Counted from the whole stretch's first letter, positions 1-11,845 are shown. The stretch is DNA of 63,581 bases, filler included, from 9 parts of 9 records of this genome joined end to end with filler, not necessarily neighbours in it; one strand, 5' to 3'. The notes: generated by a model not told the origin, from the letters alone. Made by a program: numbers and translations.

Positions 1-1
1 G

Positions 2-1051
2 GGTAGTCAGCTTACAATCTACACCAACACTGCGCGTGCGATTGCACCGCAGAACAGGTTGATTGTGCCTGATGAGAACCCGTTCTCAGCCAATACCAGC
101 AGTTCAGACCGTAATACCGATACCCATCGCAATGCCAATTACACAACGACACAACTGCGTGGGTCGCTTGGCGATGCCAGTGATCTTTTAACGCAGGCAT
201 CAGATGATTTGTCGCGGATCGGTGATGCGCTTGACGAGATCGATGCGCTGGTTCAATTCGCAGAGGAAAGCAGCACCCTTTCCCGTCAGCAACGCGCACA
301 GCTAAATGCCCAGATCGAAGATTACCTGACCGTGATCGACGATATTTCGGCCAATAGCAGCTATGAAAGCACAAACCTTCTTGCCGAAGACCAGACCATC
401 ACGTTGCAAGTCGGGTCTGGAACATCTTCGGAAAACCGAGTTGATGCCGAGCTGTTTGCATCCTCATCCGAGGATTTGGCGAGCGGATTGTCATCGATTG
501 ATCTTTCGGATGATGCGGGCGTTGTAAATGCGCGCGCCTTGGTTGATGAAGCGCAAGAATCCCTCCGGGATCGTCAAATTTCAATCTCGGCTGATCTTGT
601 AAGTGTCGCCACGGCCCAAGATCAATATCGTGTCAGGCAGGTTGCCAGCGACAATATATTACAGGCGCAACTGGCCGCAGCAGAACCATCCGGGAACCAA
701 GAGTCTCAGGATCGCATTTCGGAAAATCTTCAGGCCTATTTGGGGGGGATTTCATCCCAGTTGGCAAGCCAGACGGTCACGGTGGGTGGCTTTAGCCTGC
801 CAGAACCGCGCCCTGATCCGGTTCCTGAACCGAACGATACGCCGGTCTATGATCCGAATGCCGAGGACGGGGATGAGTTTGCTCAGGACTTCTTTGGCAC
901 GTCTTCCGGGCGGGAAACCACCAGCCAGCCGTTTAATACTCCGGCTAATACCTCGGCCTTTGGTGGATATGATCGCGGTGGGAACGGGACGCCAGGTGGC
1001 GGCAGTAGCGCCCCTGAACGTCAAACCATAAGCGTCTCGGTTGACGCCTAA
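2..1051 (+). CDS. Atypical flagellin-like protein (start at or just before the contig edge)
   Basis: Frame is open from nt 2 (GSQLTIYTNTARAIA, resembling the flagellin N-terminus xLxINTN). The segment QASDDLSRIGDALDEIDALVQ...RAQLNAQIEDYLTVIDDISANSSYESTNLL...ITLQVGSG and the later IDLS...ARALVDEAQESL follow the flagellin ND1/CD1 pattern. Ends in a Pro/acidic tail. Confidence 0.7.
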   Translation, partial: GSQLTIYTNTARAIAPQNRLIVPDENPFSANTSSSDRNTDTHRNANYTTTQLRGSLGDASDLLTQASDDLSRIGDALDEIDALVQFAEESSTLSRQQRAQLNAQIEDYLTVIDDISANSSYESTNLLAEDQTITLQVGSGTSSENRVDAELFASSSEDLASGLSSIDLSDDAGVVNARALVDEAQESLRDRQISISADLVSVATAQDQYRVRQVASDNILQAQLAAAEPSGNQESQDRISENLQAYLGGISSQLASQTVTVGGFSLPEPRPDPVPEPNDTPVYDPNAEDGDEFAQDFFGTSSGRETTSQPFNTPANTSAFGGYDRGGNGTPGGGSSAPERQTISVSVDA

Positions 1052-1106
1052 CACTCTTTCGGCTGATTTTTGCAGTGGTTAGGGATATGAGCGTGGTTTT
1101 TGCGAA

Positions 1107-1622
1107 TTATCCTTCGACATTTTCGCCGTCATATATTCCCCAGAAACCGTGACGTGGCGCCCATCCTTCAAAGTCACCAAATCGCAACTGGCACCAGTTC
1201 AGGTTTACCGGGCAATCTTCAATACTGCCGATCACGCTGGCCGATACCATGGCGATCTTGCGCGCGTTTTCGTCAGCAGCCGAATACAGCAAGATATTGT
1301 CATCGGTCACGATCACGTGGCGCGATCCCACCAGAAGACTTTGATGAACCCAGCCTTCGCTGCCTTCCCAATCGCGCACCTTGCGCCAGGTATCAAATTC
1401 CGAAACCACTTCCATGGGCATGTTGCGACGGTGATAAATCCAGACCTTGGGATACCGAAGCCCGGGGCCAGAGCGTAAAAAGACTTTATCTGACCGCAGT
1501 GCGACAAAACGCGGAATCGGCAGGCCGGATTCTTGGGCGCTGGCGACAATAGGCGTGGTCAGGCTGCCAAGAATTGCCAAAGCCATCAAGCGATACAGAA
1601 AAGTGCGAAAAATTCGCGGCAT
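1107..1622 (-). CDS. Bacterial SH3-domain protein (SH3_4/DUF1058 type), signal peptide
   Basis: SGLPIPRFVALRSDKVFLRSGPG..YP..W and WRKVRDWEGSEGWVHQSLL motifs. Start moved to ATG 1622 (MPRIF), which has an AGGGAA upstream. Confidence 0.85.
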   Translation of the reverse strand: MPRIFRTFLYRLMALAILGSLTTPIVASAQESGLPIPRFVALRSDKVFLRSGPGLRYPKVWIYHRRNMPMEVVSEFDTWRKVRDWEGSEGWVHQSLLVGSRHVIVTDDNILLYSAADENARKIAMVSASVIGSIEDCPVNLNWCQLRFGDFEGWAPRHGFWGIYDGENVEG

Positions 1623-1821
1623 CTTGTTGGTATTCCCTTGTTTATTCTGCCTGCCAAAGCGCGGCAACAACACATTGTCGCGTAATAAAATTACAAAAAT
1701 GGTGTCAAAATCCTTGCTTTTGTACCTTTTTGCATGGCATCACTGCGATGCGGCAGGGCACAAAAGTGCAACATGCCTCATTTTGTCAGAAAAGAGTTAA
1801 AAGACCGCATAGGATCGGCAG

Positions 1822-2808
1822 ATGACCAAGAAAAAACCACTTGTCGTCGTAACCCGGAAACTGCCGGAAGCGATCGAAACCCGCATGATGGAATTGTTTG
1901 ACGCGCGTTTGAATATCGATGATGCGCCAATGAGCAAGGCGGACCTTATCAATGCGGTCAAAGAGGCCGATGTTCTTGTGCCGACAGTGACGGACAGGAT
2001 CGATGCGGCTGTGCTTGCCCATGCGGGGCCGAACCTGCGTCTGATTGCCAATTTCGGGACGGGGGTTGACCATGTCGATCTTCAAACAGCCCGATCACGT
2101 GGCATTACCGTGACCAACACGCCAGATGTTTTGACAGAAGATACAGCCGACATGACCATGGCGCTGATCCTGTCGGTATCGCGCCGTCTGGCCGAAGGCG
2201 AACGGGTTATTCGCAAAGGCGATTGGGGCGGATGGGGCCCGACTTTGATGTTGGGGCACCGTATCTGGGGCAAGCGTCTTGGTATTGTTGGTATGGGGCG
2301 GATCGGCCGTGCCTTGGCGCGTCGCGCCAAAGGTTTCGGGTTATCAGTGCATTACCATAACCGCCGCCGCGTGCATCCGGATGCCGAAGAAGAACTTGAT
2401 GCAACCTATTGGGAAAGCCTTGATCAGATGCTGGCACATGTCGATGTGGTGTCGGTCAATTGCCCGCATACCCCGGCAACCTATCATTTGCTGTCAGCGC
2501 GCCGTTTGAAACTGATGCAGCCGCACGCGATTTTGGTCAATACAGCGCGTGGTGAAATCGTTGACGAACCTGCACTGACCCGGATGCTTGCTGATGGTGA
2601 AATCGCGGGCGCGGGGCTCGATGTGTTTGAGCACGAACCGGCCGTGAACCCGAAATTGCTTGAACTTCAAAACGCGGTATTGCTGCCGCATATGGGATCG
2701 GCGACGATTGAGGGGCGCGTTGATATGGGCGAGAAGGTCCTGATCAATATCAAAACCTTTGTCGACGGGCATACGCCACCAGACCGGGTGATTGAAGGGC
2801 TGCTCTAA
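1822..2808 (+). CDS. D-2-hydroxyacid dehydrogenase (glyoxylate/hydroxypyruvate reductase family)
   Basis: GIVGMGRIG Rossmann motif, NTARG, LDVFEHEP, LPHMGSAT catalytic motifs. Confidence 0.93.
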   Translation: MTKKKPLVVVTRKLPEAIETRMMELFDARLNIDDAPMSKADLINAVKEADVLVPTVTDRIDAAVLAHAGPNLRLIANFGTGVDHVDLQTARSRGITVTNTPDVLTEDTADMTMALILSVSRRLAEGERVIRKGDWGGWGPTLMLGHRIWGKRLGIVGMGRIGRALARRAKGFGLSVHYHNRRRVHPDAEEELDATYWESLDQMLAHVDVVSVNCPHTPATYHLLSARRLKLMQPHAILVNTARGEIVDEPALTRMLADGEIAGAGLDVFEHEPAVNPKLLELQNAVLLPHMGSATIEGRVDMGEKVLINIKTFVDGHTPPDRVIEGLL

Positions 2809-2830
2809 TACAGCCGTTTCGACAATTTCC

Positions 2831-2864
2831 AAAAGGGTGATACCAGCGGTGTCACCCTTTTTTT
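2831..2864 (+). terminator. Rho-independent terminator, probably bidirectional
   Basis: AAAAGGGTGATACC-AGC-GGTGTCACCCTTTT stem (one G-U pair) with T-run, 22 nt after the dehydrogenase stop. Confidence 0.8.
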
Positions 2865-2958
2865 GTTTCATACTCCCCAAATGCGGATGGTGCAGGAAAC
2901 CCGTTACGGGCATTTTCCCGGCGAACAAACCACTGTCACGATTTGGGAGGGCCCGTCC

Positions 2959-3363
2959 ATGTTCCATCGCGGAAATGTGCAACCAGTTTTAGCTGATTTC
3001 GACAATGTGCCTTTTCATGGCATCGCATCGTCCCTGAGTGCGCGCGAAGTGTTGCTCGAAGGACCATGTGTGGTGTCCGGGGTGCAAAATCTGAATGCTG
3101 AAGAATTGATTTTTGTTCTGTCAGGCAGTGTCGAAATCTGTGATGCAGATGGCGACAGTCTTGCCTGCGAGGACAACTGCATTTTGATCAAACCCCGTCA
3201 GCGCTATCATCTTCATATTACCTCAGAAGGCGAAGCAAAGCTTCTGACCATGACAGTACCGGCTTTCTGGGATGCCAGACAGATCGAAGATGCAAAAGCA
3301 GGGTTTAATGACAGGATCCTTAACTTGCTGGGATATGATAACCGTGATCCTGACAATTCCTGA
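2959..3363 (+). CDS. Cupin-fold hypothetical protein
   Basis: EELIFVLSGSVEI...ILIKPRQRYHL cupin pattern. GGGAGGG RBS precedes ATG 2959; the ORF-track start at 2863 overlaps the terminator tail. Confidence 0.6.
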   Translation: MFHRGNVQPVLADFDNVPFHGIASSLSAREVLLEGPCVVSGVQNLNAEELIFVLSGSVEICDADGDSLACEDNCILIKPRQRYHLHITSEGEAKLLTMTVPAFWDARQIEDAKAGFNDRILNLLGYDNRDPDNS

Positions 3364-3455
3364 CAGTAGATCAGGGATAAACAGCTTTCGGCATTTCTTT
3401 TTGCGTGTGGCTTGGCTATCACTAGTGCCAACAATTCCTGACATAGGGGGCCACC

Positions 3456-4142
3456 ATGGGCATGATTTTCCAGCCTGCCGACGTAACGACCGTTCCGGTC
3501 CAAAATTCCGATCAGCTTTTTCCGGTAAACCGCATTTTTTGCATCGGTAAAAACTATGCCGATCATGTGCGCGAAATGGGATCGGACCCATCCGATACAC
3601 CACCATGTGTTTTCATGAAACCGACCAACTGCCTTGTTGTTGGCAATGGCGATTTGCCATATCCCTCTGCCACCGATGATCTGCATTACGAAGGTGAACT
3701 GGTTGTTGCCTTGTCCAAAGGTGGTAAGGATCTTGATCGTGCTGCGGTCGAAGACGCGATCTTTGGCTATGCCGCGGGTCTTGATATGACGCGCCGTGAT
3801 GTTCAGGCAGATTTAAAAGACCGCCGCCTTCCATGGGATATGGCCAAGTCTTTTGACGGCTGTGCCGCCATTTCGGCAATCAAACCGAAATCTGATGCCG
3901 GTAATCCACATGCGACCAATCTGAAATTGTCGGTCAACGGGACGGTTCGTCAGGACGACACGACGGCCAAGATGGTCTGGCCGATTGTTGATGCCTTGGT
4001 GCATCTTTCAACCCTGATTGAACTGAAACCCGGTGATCTCTTGTTTACCGGCACGCCAGAAGGTGTTGGTCAGGTGGTGCGCGGTGACCGGATGGATGTG
4101 GTGATTGCCGATGTCGCAGATCTGTCGGTGACATTGAAATAA
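3456..4142 (+). CDS. Fumarylacetoacetate hydrolase family protein
   Basis: RIFCIGKNYADH, FMKP, HYEGEL, DMTRRD, AKSFD, GDLLFTGTPEGVG. Confidence 0.93.
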   Translation: MGMIFQPADVTTVPVQNSDQLFPVNRIFCIGKNYADHVREMGSDPSDTPPCVFMKPTNCLVVGNGDLPYPSATDDLHYEGELVVALSKGGKDLDRAAVEDAIFGYAAGLDMTRRDVQADLKDRRLPWDMAKSFDGCAAISAIKPKSDAGNPHATNLKLSVNGTVRQDDTTAKMVWPIVDALVHLSTLIELKPGDLLFTGTPEGVGQVVRGDRMDVVIADVADLSVTLK

Positions 4143-4216
4143 CTCGACTGTTTGCCGAAAATTCACGGGATCGCGGGTCAGGAGCCCACCCCCGAAAAAT
4201 TGAAACGGAGCCCGTT

Positions 4217-4405
4217 TTGAAAATCGTAAGTTGGAATATCAATTCCGTCCGTCTGCGCATCGAACAGGTGGTCAAGTTCCTTGACGAACAGCAGCCAGAT
4301 GCGCTGTGCCTGCAGGAACTGAAATGCCCGGATGAACATTTCCCCCACGAAGCATTCGAGGCCGCAGGGTATGTTCATCGTCATAACCACGGCATGAAAA
4401 GCTAT
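4217..4405 (+). CDS. xth: Exodeoxyribonuclease III, N-terminal part (truncated at contig end)
   Basis: MKIVSWNINSVRLR...PDALCLQELK motif; GGAG before a TTG start. Confidence 0.9.
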
Positions 4406-4505
4406 NNNNNNNNNNNNNNNNNNNNNNNNNNNNNNNNNNNNNNNNNNNNTTAATTAATTAANNNNNNNNNNNNNNNNNNNNNNNNNNNNNNNNNNNNNNN
4501 NNNNN
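4406..4505. other. Artificial contig spacer
   Basis: 44 N + TTAATTAATTAA (stop in all six frames) + 44 N; composition changes across it. Confidence 0.98.
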
Positions 4506-4506
4506 A

Positions 4507-5625
4507 GGTGCCTTGGAAGAAGAACGGATTCTGGAAGAATACCAAGGACTGGAAATGGCATTTGACCTTGCTGTAACCCCTGAGGCTGAAGTGGAGATAG
4601 TGGTCGATCAGACCACCGGGAGTTCTCTGAAGGGAACCGGTGAAGGTATTTTGCTGATAGAGATCAACACCAATGGAAAGTTCAATATGTATGGGGATTT
4701 CGTAGTGGTCACAGGGGAGTATAACTTTAAATATGGAGGTGTCATCGATAAAAAGTTTCAAGTACGTCCAGGTGGTACCATTTTATGGGAGCAAGATCCA
4801 TTGGCAGCCCAATTGGGTCTGGAAGCCGTATATTCCCTGAATGCCAACCCCGCCCCACTTTTGGACAACGCAGGATACACGGGTAGAATCCCTACCGAGG
4901 TCGTGGTGCGATTGGATGGCGAACTTGAAAGTCCAAATATTACGTTCGATATCGACTTTCCGGGCACCACATCCGTTGTGCAATCGGAACTTGAATATCG
5001 ATTGCAAGACCCTACAATTAAGGAAAGGAATGCGTTTTTCTTGCTGGCGCAGGGCACTTTTGTGAACCCACAATCGGGAGGGATCAATCAACAGGCCGTA
5101 ACAGGCAACCTGATTCAGACTGCTTCCGGACTTTTCAATCAAATCCTATCGGGCAATAATGATAAACTAAATTTTGGTGTATCCTACGAACAGGGCTATA
5201 ACGATCCCAATGCAGATATTGCCACAGAGGACAGGATAGGGGTAACTGTATCCACCCAATTATCCGACCGAATCTTGGTGAACGGAAGAGTAGGGGTGCC
5301 GGTAGGAGGAGTTTCGGAGACCGTGGTCGCAGGAGATGTGGAAGTGCAAGTACTGTTGAACGATGAAGGTACATTGAGCGCCAAGATATTTAACCGGGAA
5401 AATCAAATACAACAATTCTTGGCCGAACGGCAGGGCTATACCCAAGGACTGGGATTGTCCTACCAGGTGGATTTTGATAGTTTTAGAGAGTTGATGAGAA
5501 AGGTGTTCAATAAGCGGGAAGAGCCGTCAAAAGCGGAGGATTCGTTACCTAAAGAACGGCAGGTTCAGGTCATGGGGAAGGATAGCCTGATTCGTTTTTC
5601 GGAAAAGCCTATAAATCGGCCATAA
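4507..5625 (+). CDS. tamB: Translocation and assembly module TamB-family protein, C-terminal part
   Basis: Open from contig edge; beta-rich DUF490-like C-terminus (GDVEVQVLLNDEGTLSAKIFNREN...GYTQGLGLSYQVDFD); precedes pfkA as is usual in Flavobacteriaceae. Confidence 0.8.
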   Translation, partial: GALEEERILEEYQGLEMAFDLAVTPEAEVEIVVDQTTGSSLKGTGEGILLIEINTNGKFNMYGDFVVVTGEYNFKYGGVIDKKFQVRPGGTILWEQDPLAAQLGLEAVYSLNANPAPLLDNAGYTGRIPTEVVVRLDGELESPNITFDIDFPGTTSVVQSELEYRLQDPTIKERNAFFLLAQGTFVNPQSGGINQQAVTGNLIQTASGLFNQILSGNNDKLNFGVSYEQGYNDPNADIATEDRIGVTVSTQLSDRILVNGRVGVPVGGVSETVVAGDVEVQVLLNDEGTLSAKIFNRENQIQQFLAERQGYTQGLGLSYQVDFDSFRELMRKVFNKREEPSKAEDSLPKERQVQVMGKDSLIRFSEKPINRP

Positions 5626-5674
5626 TCAATCTGATATATTTTATATTTTTAAATGTTTTTGTACTAATTTATTA

Positions 5675-5688
5675 CGAAAACGTTTGAG
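5675..5688. promoter_or_regulatory. Possible LacI-family operator upstream of pfkA-gap
   Basis: CGAAAACGTTTGAG with palindromic core AAACGTTT and central CG, in the AT-rich intergenic region. Confidence 0.35.
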
Positions 5689-5744
5689 AGAGGCCTTAAA
5701 AACAAATAAATTATTAAGACATTTAAAATTTGAATAAAGTTTCC

Positions 5745-5752
5745 TAGTTTTG
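5745..5752 (+). promoter_or_regulatory. Bacteroidetes -7 promoter element for pfkA
   Basis: TAGTTTTG matches TAnnTTTG, 17 nt before the ATG; no well-spaced -33 TTTG seen. Confidence 0.5.
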
Positions 5753-5769
5753 ATCTCTTAAAAATTTGA

Positions 5770-7781
<2,012 letters not shown>

Positions 7782-7804
7782 ATATTTATCTCAGAATAAT
7801 TTTT

Positions 7805-7840
7805 TCCTGAAGAGGGATTTTTCCCCCTCTTCAGGATTTT
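7805..7840 (+). terminator. Stem-loop terminator after gap
   Basis: TCCTGAAGAGGG / CCCTCTTCAGGA 12-bp perfect inverted repeat followed by TTTT. Confidence 0.75.
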
Positions 7841-7860
7841 AATATAAAAAATCTCGACGT

Positions 7861-8712
7861 ATGATTTTGATCGTGGATAGTGGCGCCACTAAATCCGATT
7901 GGATTGCCCTTGATGAAAAAGGGGAACAGCTTTTTGTTACCCAGACACTTGGACTTAGTCCGGAAGTGCTTACCAAAGAAGTGATAGAGGATAGGTTGGC
8001 CAACAATTTTGAACTGTCCAAGAACAAAGAAAAAGTACGTCAGCTTTATTTCTACGGTGCCGGTTGCGGAACCGATAGAATGAAGAATTTTTTAAAGACC
8101 ATATTTAAGGATTTCTTTCCCAATGCCAAGGCAGAAGTACGGGAAGATACCTATGCGGCCATCTACGCCACTACAAAAATTGGAAGACAGGGCATTGTAT
8201 GTATTTTGGGTACAGGGTCCAATTGTAGTTATTATGATGGTCACCAATTGATACAAAAGGTAACATCTTTGGGATATATCCTAATGGACGATGGTAGTGG
8301 TAATTTCTTTGGACGTAAACTGATCAGGGACTATTATTTCCACAAAATGCCACAGGATTTGGGAATGAAGTTTGCCAAAGAATACGATCTCGATGCAGAT
8401 GTAATCAAAGAGCACCTATATAAACAGCCCAACCCCAATACCTATTTGGCCACTTTTGCCAGGTTCATTATAGAGAACAAGGAGCATCCCTACTGCAAGG
8501 GAGTCATTGAAAAAGGTCTACAGCAGTTCGTTAACAACTATATTATGCAATATGAACTGGCTACAAAGGTTCCCGTAAGCTTCGTGGGCAGTATTGCACA
8601 TTTCTTGCAAGACGAATTAAAAGCTTGTATAGAGCGAAACGACCTGATTCTTGGTGTTATAAGAAGAAGACCTATAGAGGGCTTAGTGGAGTTCCACAGG
8701 GATACTATTTAA
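7861..8712 (+). CDS. N-acetylglucosamine kinase-like ATPase (BadF/BadG/BcrA/BcrD family)
   Basis: LIVDSGATKSDW, FYGAGC, CILGTGSN, LGYILMDDGSG motifs. Confidence 0.85.
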   Translation: MILIVDSGATKSDWIALDEKGEQLFVTQTLGLSPEVLTKEVIEDRLANNFELSKNKEKVRQLYFYGAGCGTDRMKNFLKTIFKDFFPNAKAEVREDTYAAIYATTKIGRQGIVCILGTGSNCSYYDGHQLIQKVTSLGYILMDDGSGNFFGRKLIRDYYFHKMPQDLGMKFAKEYDLDADVIKEHLYKQPNPNTYLATFARFIIENKEHPYCKGVIEKGLQQFVNNYIMQYELATKVPVSFVGSIAHFLQDELKACIERNDLILGVIRRRPIEGLVEFHRDTI

Positions 8713-9085
8713 CCGCGATCATCGATATTTCCACATTTACGAACTTCGGAAGGTTTGCAACCTCTACTGTTTCTCTGGCGGGGGCAGTATCAGCATCAAA
8801 ATAAGTTCCATAAACCTCATTTATTTGGGCAAACTGGTTCATGTCCTTTATAAAAATAGAGGACTTGATGACGTGCTCAAAAGTCATTCCCGCTTCTTCC
8901 AGAATGGCCTTTAGGTTTTCCATGGACTGTTTTGTTTCCTTCTTGATGTCGCCTTCGACCAATTTTCCCGTAGCTGGGTCTATGGGAATCTGTCCAGAAA
9001 TGTAAAGAGTGTCTTTTACGAGTACTGCTTGATTGTATGGCCCGATTGGAGCTGGTGCTTTTGAGGTGTTGATTATTTTTTTCAT
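8705..9085 (-). CDS. ridA: RidA/YjgF/UK114 enamine-imine deaminase
   Basis: APAPIGPYNQA, YISGQIP, PAR..VEVANLP, VEIS.IA. Confidence 0.93.
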   Translation of the reverse strand: MKKIINTSKAPAPIGPYNQAVLVKDTLYISGQIPIDPATGKLVEGDIKKETKQSMENLKAILEEAGMTFEHVIKSSIFIKDMNQFAQINEVYGTYFDADTAPARETVEVANLPKFVNVEISMIAVK

Positions 9086-9131
9086 GAGAATAGTTTTTAT
9101 TTAATCTAGGATAAAGATAAAATAGAATCTA

Positions 9132-11825
9132 CTAACGCTGGCTTCTATTTTCCCATTTAATATCGCTCAAAATGGAACTCTTTATCCCAATAAAGAAGTA
9201 CCAGCGCTCGTACCTTCCAAAGGGAGTCCAGTCAAAACTGAGCCTAAAACTACCAAGGTCGCGTTTAAATGCAAAGCGGGTATCGGCAAAGCCTTTGTTC
9301 TTTAAATCATAACCGGAGTTGAACCCTACTTCCCATTTGGGCGTTAGCTGAATGTTGCCCGAAAACATCAGGGAGTGGTTGGTTATCTCACTTTGTCTGT
9401 TACTATTGTTGTAAGAGGCAACGTAGGTGAACCTTGCATCCCATGGCAATTTGTTGTTGTACAATTGTTGCTCTTCGCCCTTATTACTGTCCTTCTCATT
9501 AGTCCTTCCTCTGTTAAAACGCGACTGTTCCCCTCGAACATCATCCATGGCAAAAGGGTTGTCACTAAAGTTGGACTGTTTCTCCTCGTCGGTCTTTTCT
9601 TTAGCTCCTCCTTTTTGGAACATTTCGCTGTTCAAGGAAAAACTGGTGTTGACTCGGGCCGAGGTTAAACGGGCGATGCCGCCTCCATTGTTGATGTTAA
9701 GGGTATTTATCCGCCTACCGCTGTTGTCGATGGCGTAGGGGTCAAAAGTTGCTGCAAAGTTGATGGGCACATTTTTTATGATTTCCGTTGCACCGCTCAT
9801 ATTTATTGGACTGAGCTTTAATGAATCTGCTTCAAGGTTATAACTGGCATTGAAACTCAGGTTGCTAAGGATTTTGACCTTTTTCGGTTCCGTAGCCGTG
9901 GAATCTTTGTCCCTTACCTTGGCCTCTAAGGAGTTTTGAAGGGAAAAACTCAAGGAACTCCCTTTGTTCAATGAAGGCCTCCCATATAAACTAGTTTCGT
10001 AGGGGGTGTATTCCACTTCATCTCCATCTTCATCAATATAACTATCGTAGAATTGCTCAAAGGATGGGGTGTAGCTATAGCTTATGGAGGGACGCATTAC
10101 GTGGCGCAAAGCCTGTATTTTTTTATCTTCTCCGCGGTTCCATGTACCATAGACCGTTGTTCCGATACTTGTTCCGAAACTGTACCTGTTGAACCTATCG
10201 AATCCGGAAATGGTGTCTGTCACTACCTCTTCTATTTCGGCATCATAACGGCGCCTTATAGTTTCCATGGTCCATACGTCCTCGTAGTTACCGTTCAAGC
10301 TTACACTAAGGTACTTTGCCAGCTTAAAGTTGGTAGCAACAGGGATCCTATGGCGGGCCCCGATACGGGCATCATCGAACATTCCACTTTTAAAAAAGTT
10401 TTCCTCCGTAGTGGTGATGCTGTTCTGTGCATTCACATCATACTGAAAATTGATGTTCTCAAAAACGCCCTTTTTCACCGCATCCCGTTTCACAAAAGGG
10501 TAGATACGTTCCATACTGGCCTGAAAGGTCGGCAATGACATGTTTATCGTCCTTTCTTCCGAACGGTTGTTTTGTGTGTGGCTCAACGTAAGGCTGGTAT
10601 TTACGGACGGGTATTCTGGAAATGTTTTGGAGTAACTTATGGAGGATGCAAAGGTGTTCGTTTGTGAATTGTTCCGGTTAAATTGGTTCAGGGAGTTCGA
10701 ATAATATTGACTGGAACCTAAGTTAACGGAAGCCGAAAATCGGGAATTTGGACTGGCCTTTGGGTCTTGAGAGTGGGAAATCCGAATATTATAATTGCTC
10801 GTTCGACTGTAATCATCAAATCCTCTTTGGCTGGTGACCAGGTTCTCGTAGCTTATATTTACGTTTCCATTGAACTTATATCTTTTGGAGTAAATGGACC
10901 TACCCTGTAACCCATAACTGCCATTGGTATAATAATCACCCGTAATACTAAGGTCGACGTAGTCGCTAATGGGCAGGTAATACCCGCCATTTTGTATAAA
11001 ATACCCTCTTCTTGGGTCGTTACCGAAGGTAGGGAAAAGGATACCGGCCACCCTTCCAGTGGTTAAAGGGAAATAGGCAAAGGGAAGCGCTATGGGCGTG
11101 GGCACATCCATAATGTACATGTTACTGTACCCTGCGATAATTTTCTTTTTGGGGACAAACTTTGCCTTTCGCACCCTAATGTAATAGTCCGGGTTAACAG
11201 TGTCATTGGAGGTGGTCAATTTACCCTCGTTCAAAAAATAGACGGAATCGTTCTCTTTTTTGGTCTTTTCTGCATATACTTTCATTGCATCACTTCCCAA
11301 TTGTCCAAGACCTGCTTCTTGTTCCGTCCTCGAATTCCAGATCAATGCTTTTTGCGTATCAAAATTGAACCGTATCGAATCGGGCCGTACCTCTTGGCTT
11401 CCCTGCTTAAAAAAAGGCAATTGGGAGTAATTCCCCAACGAATCCTTCATACGGCCGGCATATACCTCATTTTTGACATAATCCATTACAATTACACCAG
11501 CTTTGAGTTCGGTGTCCTGGTAATAGATTTCCGCTTCGTCGTACAGGTAAATTTTATTGTCCTTTTGACTTAACTTTACATAATCCTTAGCCTTATATTT
11601 TATTTTATCTAATAGCAAAGGTTGCTTTTTTGGCACGGTATCTGTTTCAACAGAATCAGTTTTGCTGGAACCGTTAAGGATGTTCGGAGGAAGCAAAGGA
11701 GCATAAATCGTGTCCTTGATGGCCTTGATGGGCAAGGGTTTAATTGGATCTTCCTGAGCACTTAAGGTAGCGATGCCACAAAGAAGAACAAATAGGAAAA
11801 GTAAAAGATGTTTATTTGGTTGCAA
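9132..11825 (-). CDS. Putative LPS-assembly outer-membrane protein (Bacteroidetes LptD-like)
   Basis: Signal peptide, OstA-like N-terminal region, long beta-barrel-like C-terminus; divergent from the amidase gene. Confidence 0.75.
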   Translation of the reverse strand: MQPNKHLLLFLFVLLCGIATLSAQEDPIKPLPIKAIKDTIYAPLLPPNILNGSSKTDSVETDTVPKKQPLLLDKIKYKAKDYVKLSQKDNKIYLYDEAEIYYQDTELKAGVIVMDYVKNEVYAGRMKDSLGNYSQLPFFKQGSQEVRPDSIRFNFDTQKALIWNSRTEQEAGLGQLGSDAMKVYAEKTKKENDSVYFLNEGKLTTSNDTVNPDYYIRVRKAKFVPKKKIIAGYSNMYIMDVPTPIALPFAYFPLTTGRVAGILFPTFGNDPRRGYFIQNGGYYLPISDYVDLSITGDYYTNGSYGLQGRSIYSKRYKFNGNVNISYENLVTSQRGFDDYSRTSNYNIRISHSQDPKASPNSRFSASVNLGSSQYYSNSLNQFNRNNSQTNTFASSISYSKTFPEYPSVNTSLTLSHTQNNRSEERTINMSLPTFQASMERIYPFVKRDAVKKGVFENINFQYDVNAQNSITTTEENFFKSGMFDDARIGARHRIPVATNFKLAKYLSVSLNGNYEDVWTMETIRRRYDAEIEEVVTDTISGFDRFNRYSFGTSIGTTVYGTWNRGEDKKIQALRHVMRPSISYSYTPSFEQFYDSYIDEDGDEVEYTPYETSLYGRPSLNKGSSLSFSLQNSLEAKVRDKDSTATEPKKVKILSNLSFNASYNLEADSLKLSPINMSGATEIIKNVPINFAATFDPYAIDNSGRRINTLNINNGGGIARLTSARVNTSFSLNSEMFQKGGAKEKTDEEKQSNFSDNPFAMDDVRGEQSRFNRGRTNEKDSNKGEEQQLYNNKLPWDARFTYVASYNNSNRQSEITNHSLMFSGNIQLTPKWEVGFNSGYDLKNKGFADTRFAFKRDLGSFRLSFDWTPFGRYERWYFFIGIKSSILSDIKWENRSQR

Positions 11826-11845
11826 CGTGATAAATCCTATTTTTG
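11815..11845 (+). promoter_or_regulatory. Bacteroidetes primary-sigma promoter for the amidase-mlaD cluster
   Basis: TTTG (11815-11818) - 19 nt - TATTTTTG (11838-11845), matching -33/-7 consensus and spacing. Confidence 0.6.

Noticed and set aside
4450-4461. Recurrent TTAATTAATTAA as a biological repeat or CRISPR-like element
   Set aside because: Always centred in N-runs of fixed length; it is a six-frame stop linker added during concatenation.
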